Shown here in pieces: positions 14,768 through 21,903 of a stretch of DNA of 37,970 nucleotides. Positions within the stretch are counted from its first letter, which is position 1; the number at the start of each line of letters is the position of its first letter. Below the pieces are notes generated by a model. It did no database searches and was not told where the DNA came from. It saw nothing but the letters and a program-made list of their open reading frames with translations. The position numbers and the translations under genes were made by a program. The stretch is from Thermoanaerobaculia bacterium (GTDB taxonomy: Bacteria > Acidobacteriota > Thermoanaerobaculia > Multivoradales > JAGPDF01), in contig JBGARM010000001.1 of the NCBI GenBank assembly GCA_044230215.1, forward strand, positions 1 to 37,970. The letters are read 5' to 3'.

Positions 14768-14770
14768 GCC

Positions 14771-15082
14771 ATGTCCGAGCACCACATCGTTCCCCTCAAG
14801 ACCTACTTCGCGGTCTTCGCGACCCTCATGGTCTGCACCGCGATCACTGTCGCGGTCGCCTTCGTCGACCTCGGGCCGGCCAACAACATCGTCATGTTGT
14901 CGATCGCGGTGCTCAAGGCGACCCTGGTGGTCATGTTCTTCATGCACGCCAAGTACGGCACGCGACTCATTCCGCTGGTCGCGGCCTCCGGCTTCTTCTT
15001 CGTCGGCCTGATGTTCATCATCACCATGTCCGACTACATGTCGCGCGGCTGGCTCGGCGCGGGCCTGCCCTGGAGACCCTGA
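14771..15082 (+). CDS. coxD: Cytochrome c oxidase subunit IV (small caa3-type subunit)
   Basis: 103 aa with three TM helices. KATLVVMFFMH motif. Sits immediately after coxC. Confidence 0.8.
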   Translation: MSEHHIVPLKTYFAVFATLMVCTAITVAVAFVDLGPANNIVMLSIAVLKATLVVMFFMHAKYGTRLIPLVAASGFFFVGLMFIITMSDYMSRGWLGAGLPWRP

Positions 15083-15093
15083 GGCCCGCCGGC

Positions 15094-15672
15094 TTGCGGT
15101 TCGCCAACGCGAGCCTCCTGGACCTCCTGCTCGAGCTCCAGACGCTCGACCGCGTGCCGCGCAGCGGCTATTTCCTGCGCGGCATCTCCGACTGCGAGTC
15201 GGTCTCCGAGCACACTTTTCATCTCGCCATGCTGGTCTGGCTCCTCGCCGGCGAAGAGCCCGGACTCGACCGCGGCCACGCTGTCGAGCTGGCGCTGATG
15301 CACGACCTGGCCGAGCTCCGGATCGGCGATCTGCCGCGCACTGCCACGACCTATCTCCCCGCCGACGTGAAGCATGCCGCCGAGCGGCGGGCGGCGGCGG
15401 ACATCCTCGCCCCCGCCGACCCCAGGGCCAACGCTCTCTACGAGGAGTACGAGGAGGGCGCCTCGACCGAGGCCTTGTTCGTTCGCGCCTGCGACAAGCT
15501 GCAGCTGATGATCAAGGTGACGGTCTACGAGAGCTGGGGGCACCGCGGCCTGGCCGAGTTCTGGGGCAACCCGGCGAATTTCCCGCCGTCCGACTTCGCG
15601 TCGATCGCGCGCCTCTTCCGCAGCCTGCAGGAGCGTGCCGCCGCGCGCCCAGCCGCGCATCCCACCGACTAG
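15094..15672 (+). CDS. HD-domain phosphohydrolase (YfbR-like 5'-nucleotidase family)
   Basis: H..HD..D signature (SEHTFHLAML, LMHDLAELRIGD, ACDKLQ). There is no ATG in frame; the proposed TTG start at 15094 lies 11 nt after the coxD stop, so the start is uncertain. Confidence 0.65.
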   Translation: MRFANASLLDLLLELQTLDRVPRSGYFLRGISDCESVSEHTFHLAMLVWLLAGEEPGLDRGHAVELALMHDLAELRIGDLPRTATTYLPADVKHAAERRAAADILAPADPRANALYEEYEEGASTEALFVRACDKLQLMIKVTVYESWGHRGLAEFWGNPANFPPSDFASIARLFRSLQERAAARPAAHPTD

Positions 15673-17423
15673 AGGAGTTTCGCCGGAATCCAGCCGCGCA
15701 GGGCGTTGATCAACAGAATCCGCCCGGCGCGCCGCAGGTCGTCCCGGGTCAGCAGCGCCTCCTTGACCTTCCCGCGCTCGAGCAGCGAGTGGCGGAAGAC
15801 GCCCGCCAGGAGTCCGCTTTCGCGCGCCGGAGTGAGACGCTCGCCGGAGATCTCGAGTACGAGATTCGTGCGCGTCCCTTCGGTGAGCTCGCCGCGTTCG
15901 TTCCACAGAAGGGCCTCGTCCGCGCCCGTCGTGCGCGCCGCGGCAAGCGCGACGTCGTAAACCGCGCGGTTCGTCGTCTTGTGAAAGAGCGCGACCGTCC
16001 GGGAGTCGACCGGAACGTCGGCGAGCACCACGCGCCATGCGCGGCGTTCGCGACGAAAAGGCTGGCTGGTAAAGGAAAGGGCTCCATCGGGGGCGAGCTC
16101 GAGACGGATGCGCTGACGTTGCGTCTCTTGGCCGTCGAAGGCGGCGAGGCCGCTCTCGACGACGGTGCGCCAGGCCCTCTCGTCGCAGTCGAATCCGAAG
16201 TAGGCAGCCGAGGCCGCGAGGCGGGCGAGGTGCTTTTCGAGCAGGGCGACGCCGCAGCGCGGGCGCCAGAGCATCGTCTCGAAGAGGGCGAATGACGGTT
16301 GGGTGTCGCCGAAGGCACGCGCCTTGGCGAGGCATTCCTGGTACTCCGCCGCCGGCGTCGAATCCCAGACCACGCCGCTGCCGACTCCGTACGAGAGCGT
16401 GCCGGCGGCGCGGTCGACGACTGCGGTGCGGATCGCGACCGAGAAGCTCGCGCGCCGTGTCGGGGCCGCCCAGCCGATCGCGCCGCAGTACACTCCCCTG
16501 GGCGACTTCTCCAGGCGGGCAATCCAGTCCATCGTGCGCGCCTTCGGCGCGCCGGTCACCGAAGCGCAGGGAAAGAGGGCGGCAAAGATCTCCGGCAGCT
16601 GCGCGCGGCTCCGCGCGGACACCGTCGAGGTCATCTGCCATACGGTCGGGTAGCGCTCGAGAGCGAACAGACCCGCGACGGCGACACTGCCGGGTTCGGC
16701 GATCCGCCCGAGATCGTTGCGGACCATGTCGACGATCATCAGATTCTCGGCGCGCTCCTTGGCCGAGCCGGCGAGCTCCGCGGCCTGCCTGCCATCCTCC
16801 TCGGCAAAGCGGCCGCGTAGCCGGGTTCCCTTCATCGGGCGCATCTCCAGGTGATCGCCGTTGCGGCGGAAGAAGAGCTCCGGCGAGAGCGACACGATCG
16901 CGGTGTCGCCGCAATCGAGAAAGGCAGCGTGCGGCGCCAGGCTCGCGGGCGCCAGGCTCCAGAAAAGCCCCTCGGCGTCGCCGGCGAACCGGGCGCGCAT
17001 CGGAAAGGTGAAGTTGACCTGGTAGGTCTCCCCCGCGGCGATCGCCCCGCGAATCGCCGCCAGCGCGGCGGCATGCTCCGAGCCCTCGAGGAGCGGCGAG
17101 AGTCCGGCGCGGTGCATCGGCTCGGCGGCGGGCGGGGCGCTCATCGCGTCCGGCGGCGTGAAGACGGTGAAGGCGGCCAGCAGCCCGGCCGCCGGCGCGC
17201 GCACGACCAACGCCGGATCGAAGGCCGGAGCCGCCTCGTAGGTGACGTATCCGACCGCCCAGAGGCCGTCCGCGGTGGCGAGCTCGACGCGTTCGAGCAG
17301 ACCGGACATCTCCGCCAGGCTCCTGGCGCCGATGCGCTCCACCGGCGACCGGAAGCGCCACCAGCGCGTTTCCCGGCCGTCGTCGGGTGCCCGCAGGATG
17401 GCGCTGGCGGGGGCTTCGTTCAA
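15669..17423 (-). CDS. pabB: Bifunctional aminodeoxychorismate synthase component I (PabB) / aminodeoxychorismate lyase-like (PabC, class IV aminotransferase fold) fusion
   Basis: Chorismate-binding motifs (SPELFFRR, MKGTRLRG, AENLMIVDMVRNDLGRI, VTGAPKARTMDWI, GVYCGAIGW). These are followed by a class-IV-fold tail (LFETMLW..., FHKTTNRAVYD, WNERGELTEGTRTNL). The proposed TTG start at 17423 overlaps the upstream stop (TTGA). Confidence 0.78.
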   Translation of the reverse strand: MNEAPASAILRAPDDGRETRWWRFRSPVERIGARSLAEMSGLLERVELATADGLWAVGYVTYEAAPAFDPALVVRAPAAGLLAAFTVFTPPDAMSAPPAAEPMHRAGLSPLLEGSEHAAALAAIRGAIAAGETYQVNFTFPMRARFAGDAEGLFWSLAPASLAPHAAFLDCGDTAIVSLSPELFFRRNGDHLEMRPMKGTRLRGRFAEEDGRQAAELAGSAKERAENLMIVDMVRNDLGRIAEPGSVAVAGLFALERYPTVWQMTSTVSARSRAQLPEIFAALFPCASVTGAPKARTMDWIARLEKSPRGVYCGAIGWAAPTRRASFSVAIRTAVVDRAAGTLSYGVGSGVVWDSTPAAEYQECLAKARAFGDTQPSFALFETMLWRPRCGVALLEKHLARLAASAAYFGFDCDERAWRTVVESGLAAFDGQETQRQRIRLELAPDGALSFTSQPFRRERRAWRVVLADVPVDSRTVALFHKTTNRAVYDVALAAARTTGADEALLWNERGELTEGTRTNLVLEISGERLTPARESGLLAGVFRHSLLERGKVKEALLTRDDLRRAGRILLINALRGWIPAKLL

Positions 17424-18481
17424 ATGCGGGCCGCCGCCTGCCGGGTCGCGCGCGCCACCGCCAGCCGTTCGGCGACGACCTGGTCGGCGACACGAAAGGG
17501 CGGCGCACTCTGGCACTCGGCCCGATCGAGGAGCTCCGCGAGATCCGCGCCGATCCGCTGCACCCGCGCCACGATGCCGGTCTCGTCGAGGACTCCGGTT
17601 TCTAATAGCACCGAGAGGAGTCCACCGGCATTGACCACGAAGTCGGGTGCGTAGAGCACGCCGCAACGGTGAAGCTCGAGACCGACTTCGGGCGAGGCCA
17701 GCGGATTGTTCGCGGCGCCGACGATCGCCGCGCAACGCAAGTCGGCGACCGTTGTCGGCGTGAGGACGCCGCCCGCGGCGTTGGGCGAAAAAATGTCGCA
17801 ATCGGCGGCGAGGATCTCCTCCGGGGCCACGGCCCGGGCACCGGTCGCGCGTACGACGGCGTCCTGGCGGCCACGAACGGTGTCCGTCACAATCAGGCTG
17901 ACCCCCTTACCAGCAAGCTTTTCGGCAAGCCGACCGCCTACCTCGCCTAGCCCCTGAAGCGCCACGGTGCAGGCGGAAAGAGGCTTGCCGAGGCGCCCGG
18001 CGACGACCTCCATTGCCGCGACGACACCGATCGCGGTCAGGTCGGAGGCATCGACTCCAGCCGTCGCCGGCGTATGGCCGATGTGCTTCGTGACGCCACC
18101 CATGAGCGCGAGATCGGCGGCGTCGATCCCCATGTCGCCGCCGGTGAAGAACCGTCCGCCGAGCTCCTCGACCGCGTTGCCGAAGGCGAGGAGCAGCTCC
18201 GGCGTCTTCTCGCGCAGCGGGTCGCCACAGATCACCGCCTTGCCGCCGCCGCACGGCATGCCGGCGAACGCGGCCTTGGCCGTCATGGCGTGGGAGAGCC
18301 GCAGGGCGTCCTCGATGGCCTCCTCGAAGACAGGGTAGAGCCGCATGCGGGTGCCGCCGATGGCGCGCCCGAGGGTCGTGTCGTGAATGGCGATCACCGC
18401 CCGCAGGCCGACCGCCGGCTCCTGGACGATCAGCAGGCGCTCGTGGCCGAGCTCGCGAGCGAGGTCGAGGACGGCGGTCAC
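17420..18481 (-). CDS. Leu/Val/Phe dehydrogenase (Glu/Leu/Phe/Val dehydrogenase family)
   Basis: LRAVIAIHDTTLGRAIGGTRMRLY, PCGGGKAVICGDP and the Rossmann motif LQGLGEVGG. A GTG start at 18481 gives a 353-aa protein of normal length and overlaps the vapC stop (GTGA). Confidence 0.85.
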   Translation of the reverse strand: MTAVLDLARELGHERLLIVQEPAVGLRAVIAIHDTTLGRAIGGTRMRLYPVFEEAIEDALRLSHAMTAKAAFAGMPCGGGKAVICGDPLREKTPELLLAFGNAVEELGGRFFTGGDMGIDAADLALMGGVTKHIGHTPATAGVDASDLTAIGVVAAMEVVAGRLGKPLSACTVALQGLGEVGGRLAEKLAGKGVSLIVTDTVRGRQDAVVRATGARAVAPEEILAADCDIFSPNAAGGVLTPTTVADLRCAAIVGAANNPLASPEVGLELHRCGVLYAPDFVVNAGGLLSVLLETGVLDETGIVARVQRIGADLAELLDRAECQSAPPFRVADQVVAERLAVARATRQAAARI

Positions 18482-18903
18482 GGCTGGTGGACTTCGTCGA
18501 CGCCGGGGGCGACCACCGTCAGGCCCTGGAGACGAGCGGCGGCGGCGAGTCGTTCGTCGTAGCAGAGAAAACAACCGGGAGGCGGAGTGAATTCGAGCGC
18601 CGTCGCGAGATGGATCGCATCGAGCGTACGCAGCGTTGCCGGGCCCAGGGTCTCCGCCTTGTCGAGGATCGCTTCGGTGGGGCGGCGCAGGTGCACCCGA
18701 GTCAAGTAGCGACGCGCTTCGAACATCGCAACCTCGTCGGCGTGGGCGCGGCGCAAAGCGCGTTGCACTTCGACCCGGGCGATCGACGACGAGACCACAT
18801 CGGGCCGGCGGTCGAGAAATCTGCGCAGCGCCGAGGTCTCGCTCTCCTCGAGGAAGAGCTTGATGAGCGCCGACGCGTCCGCGTAGACGAACGTGTCGGT
18901 CAA
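18478..18903 (-). CDS. vapC: PIN-domain toxin VapC
   Basis: 141 aa. Conserved acidic positions are visible (VYADASAL, FLEESE, LDAIHLATAL, CYDERL). The TTG start overlaps the vapB stop (TTGA). Confidence 0.85.
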   Translation of the reverse strand: MTDTFVYADASALIKLFLEESETSALRRFLDRRPDVVSSSIARVEVQRALRRAHADEVAMFEARRYLTRVHLRRPTEAILDKAETLGPATLRTLDAIHLATALEFTPPPGCFLCYDERLAAAARLQGLTVVAPGVDEVHQP

Positions 18904-19217
18904 AACTCTTCCTCCTCCCTCATCTCGATCAGGATCTGGCTCAACGATTTCGCCCCGGGCAACGGCGGCAGGGGTGGGTTGTTGCGCAGGAACTCGCCCA
19001 GATCGCCTTGCGCCGGAATGACCCGGCCATCCGCGATCATCCGGGCCAGGGAATTCTCGTTGTCGTCGGGCAGCGGCACCAGCAGCGCCACCGGCCGGCC
19101 ATGCTCGGTGACCTCCAGTCGCTCCCCCTCCTTCACCCGATCGAGATAGACGGAGAGGTTCTGCCGCAGCTCGCGGACGCCGACCTGCGGGGTCGGAGTC
19201 TTCGCGTTCTCGCTCAT
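18900..19217 (-). CDS. vapB: Phd/YefM-type antitoxin (VapB)
   Basis: 105 aa. VGVRELRQNLSVYLDRVKEGERLEVTEHGRPVALLVP is a classic Phd/YefM N-terminal domain. Immediately upstream of the PIN gene. Confidence 0.85.
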   Translation of the reverse strand: MSENAKTPTPQVGVRELRQNLSVYLDRVKEGERLEVTEHGRPVALLVPLPDDNENSLARMIADGRVIPAQGDLGEFLRNNPPLPPLPGAKSLSQILIEMREEEEF

Positions 19218-19259
19218 GACGCACAGCGTAGCACAAATCGGGCGAAAGCCCGCGCGGCT

Positions 19260-20252
19260 TCAGTGCGGCAGCAGATAGGCGACCGCGAAGCCGATCTGGG
19301 CGGCCATCATCATCAGGTACATCTGCTTCCAGCTCGGGTGATTCTCGGTACGCGTCAGGTCGTCGGGATCGCGCAGGATCAGGTAGACCGTGTAGCAGCC
19401 CCAGACGGTCAGCAGCGCTCCCAGCGCGGTCAGCGCGTTCTGGTTGCCGGTGAGGATCGCGTGCGCCGGATTCTGCGGGTCCGGCAGATGGGCGAAGAGC
19501 GGCACCAGGAGCCAGGGGAAGACGAAGAACGGCGCGATGATCCAGGCGGCTTTCTTGGGCCCGTGAAGGATCGGCAGGGTCTTGCAGCCGCCGGCGGCGT
19601 CGCCCTTGATGTCGGCGAAGTCCTTGGTCGATGCCGCCCCGACCAGGAAGAGCATGAAGATAGAGCCCAGCGCCCAGGGCTCCCAATGGCCGACGCGGGC
19701 GACCATCGCCCAGCCGGCGACTTTGAGCAGGCAGCCGCGCGGAATGGCGATCGTCCAGTTCGCCCACATCCCGCGCGCCTTCGTGCGGCCCCACGAGGGT
19801 ACCGAGTAGATCAGGGTGAAGATCATCCCGGCGAGGTAGATGTAGAACGTCTCGTGCCAGGGAAGGGGCGCGCCGATCTTCGCCGCCAGAGTGGTGTGGG
19901 GGAAAACCACCACCGCCCAGGTCGGGACGAGAGCCAGGGCGTAGAAGACCCAGGTGAAGATCCATCCCTCGCGCAGGCTGAGTGCGCCGGTGACCAGCGG
20001 CCGCCCCGGCTTGTTGACCCGGTCGATCTCGAGGTCGGTGATCTGGTTGATCGCGTTCGACGCCGCGTTCATGAAGCTCGCGCAGAGCGAGCCCAGCGCC
20101 ACCGTGAGGATCACGGAGAGGGTGAGATGGCGCGCCGGATCCGGATTGTGCACCGAGCCCCAGGCGCAGATCGAGCCCGAGATGATTCCCAGGAGCGGCG
20201 GCAGCAGGGTGAAGGGGCGCGACAGCTGGACGTAGAGATTGGTCTTTTTCAT
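19260..20252 (-). CDS. UbiA-superfamily prenyltransferase (ChlG/BchG/DGGGPS-like clade)
   Basis: 330-aa polytopic membrane protein. First Asp-rich motif NQITDLEIDRVNKPGRPLVTG. Also IYSVPSWGRTKARGMWAN and a second motif KDFADIKGDAAGGCKTLPILHG. Confidence 0.88.
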   Translation of the reverse strand: MKKTNLYVQLSRPFTLLPPLLGIISGSICAWGSVHNPDPARHLTLSVILTVALGSLCASFMNAASNAINQITDLEIDRVNKPGRPLVTGALSLREGWIFTWVFYALALVPTWAVVVFPHTTLAAKIGAPLPWHETFYIYLAGMIFTLIYSVPSWGRTKARGMWANWTIAIPRGCLLKVAGWAMVARVGHWEPWALGSIFMLFLVGAASTKDFADIKGDAAGGCKTLPILHGPKKAAWIIAPFFVFPWLLVPLFAHLPDPQNPAHAILTGNQNALTALGALLTVWGCYTVYLILRDPDDLTRTENHPSWKQMYLMMMAAQIGFAVAYLLPH

Positions 20253-20296
20253 GCCGCCGCAAGCTTATCGGATCACGCGCCCGGAGCTCGCGACGA

Positions 20297-21838
20297 TCAG
20301 TCGAAATGCCGGACGCGCGGCCACAGACCAGCCAGGTCGGCCAGCGGCCGCCGCACGATCCAGATCGGCAGCTCGTCCTCGTACGGCATGCAGTCGCGGC
20401 AGTCGAAGGTCGCACCGAGCTCGACCTCCGCGAAGAGCTTGCCCAGGCTAAAGGCGTCGTCCCCGAGAACGAGCAGAACCTCACCCGAGCAGGCGCCGAG
20501 GCCCCAGAGGTACCAGCTGTTGTGCGCCGAGATCGCCGGCGGCAGGTGGAGCTCGCCGCCGAAGTAGGCGACGGCAGAGGCCTCGCCGTAGTTCTGCCCG
20601 AAGACGCAGGCGCTTCGGCGCTCGTCTCGAGTGAGCCGGTCCGCCGCGACGCCGACGGCCTCGGCGAGACCGCGCCACTCCTGCATGTCGGCGAAGAACT
20701 GCGGCAGCCGGCCGAGCGACTTTCGCTCGTCGGTCCCCGGCTCCTGCCCCAGAGCGCGCGCGTAGCGCACGTAGGCATCGACCGGCAGGATCGGGCGAGC
20801 GAGCGGCGCGAGAGCGAGTCCCGAGAGCACGACCGAGCCGACTGCGGCGGCGCGCCAGACGAAGCCGCCGCGCCGCCCGCGCGTCCACGCTTCGATCGCT
20901 ACCGCTCCGGCGGCCCAGAGCATCGGGTACGCCGGCGCCAGATAGTAGGGCTTTGCGGCGGTCGAGAGCATCACGACGAGGATGGCGAGGTAGGCGACAC
21001 CGAGGGAGCGCCACGGACGAAAGCGCAGCGCGAACAGCAGCGCCAGGAGACCTGAGATCCACACGACGGCGTGCAGAGGTCCGGTCTGCAGGAGCTGCGC
21101 GGTCAGAAAGTCGACGGGCGCGAGCGCAACGTTCTTGCTCTGGCTGGCGTTGGTCATGAATTCGCGGGTCGGCCAGCCGTGCAGGTGCTGCCAGACGAGG
21201 TGGGGCGCGAAGAGGAGTCCGGCGAGGGCGCCGCCGAGCCAGAGGTAGCGGCTGCGCAGAAGGTCGAAGCGCCGCGTCGCGACCACCCCCAAGGCCAGGC
21301 CGAAGCCGAGGAAGAGCATGCTGATCTTGTTCAGCAGGCCGAGCCCGGCAACCGCGCCGAAGGCCAACCAGAGACGCTCGTCGCCGCCGTCGAGGAGGGC
21401 CGCGGCGAGCCGGCAGGCGAGCGCCCAGAAAAGCAGGTCGAAGACGTTCATCGACAGAACCGAGGTGAGCCCCAGGACGATCGGCGAGAGTCCGACCGCC
21501 AGGCCGGTCAGCGCGACGGCGAAGTTGCCGCCGCCCAGGCGCCGGGCGAGCGAGCCCGAGATTGCGACCGCACCCGCACCGGCGAGGGCCGCGAGGATGC
21601 GAATCGCCAGCAGCGAGTCGCCAAAGAGGAGCGTCCAGAGCGCGGTCATCGCCGCGATCAGCGGCGGGTGGTCGACATAGCCCCAGTCGAGCCGCGCCGC
21701 ACAGGCGAGGTAGTAGAGCTCGTCACGAAAGATGCCGTAGGTGGTGGCGAAGATCGCGTGCAGGAGGAAGACGGCGACCGCCGGCCCCCAGAGGGCCAGC
21801 CGATTCCAGCTCGCTTCCTGTCGTGGTTCCGCGGTCAT
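20297..21838 (-). CDS. GT-C fold glycosyltransferase, family 39 / ArnT-PMT-like (polyprenyl-phosphate-sugar dependent)
   Basis: ATG at 21838. 513 aa with many TM helices. N-terminal loop motif FRDELYYLACAARLDWGYVDHPPL (the DExxY type of ArnT/PMT enzymes). Soluble C-terminal domain. Confidence 0.85.
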   Translation of the reverse strand: MTAEPRQEASWNRLALWGPAVAVFLLHAIFATTYGIFRDELYYLACAARLDWGYVDHPPLIAAMTALWTLLFGDSLLAIRILAALAGAGAVAISGSLARRLGGGNFAVALTGLAVGLSPIVLGLTSVLSMNVFDLLFWALACRLAAALLDGGDERLWLAFGAVAGLGLLNKISMLFLGFGLALGVVATRRFDLLRSRYLWLGGALAGLLFAPHLVWQHLHGWPTREFMTNASQSKNVALAPVDFLTAQLLQTGPLHAVVWISGLLALLFALRFRPWRSLGVAYLAILVVMLSTAAKPYYLAPAYPMLWAAGAVAIEAWTRGRRGGFVWRAAAVGSVVLSGLALAPLARPILPVDAYVRYARALGQEPGTDERKSLGRLPQFFADMQEWRGLAEAVGVAADRLTRDERRSACVFGQNYGEASAVAYFGGELHLPPAISAHNSWYLWGLGACSGEVLLVLGDDAFSLGKLFAEVELGATFDCRDCMPYEDELPIWIVRRPLADLAGLWPRVRHFD

Positions 21839-21903
21839 CTCTTCTCCAGGCCTGCTTCGTCTACGGCCGGCGGCAGCAGGGGTTTCGCGGTGGGCCCGGC
21901 TCT

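Noticed and set aside
15034-17508. 824-aa minus-strand ORF, plus the N-terminal extension of ORF 15669-17801
   Set aside because: This is an alternative frame, or upstream run-on, of the pabBC gene. The extension would overlap the Leu-dehydrogenase coding region and reads as Arg/Pro-rich junk.
19218-19259. Small hairpin CGGGC-GAAA-GCCCG between the UbiA gene and vapB as a terminator or vapBC operator
   Set aside because: The stem is only 5 bp, there is no convincing U-tract, and there is no inverted-repeat operator beyond the hairpin itself. That is too weak to call as a feature, though it may still separate transcripts.
19260-20252. UbiA-family gene as the missing heme O synthase (ctaB) for the caa3 oxidase
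   Set aside because: The NQ start of the first motif and RPLVTG are reminiscent of CtaB. However, the second and third motifs (YSVPSWGRTKARGMWAN, KDFADIKGD..G.KTLP) fit the ChlG/DGGGPS clade better. The gene is also on the other strand, in a different operon, with no ctaA nearby.
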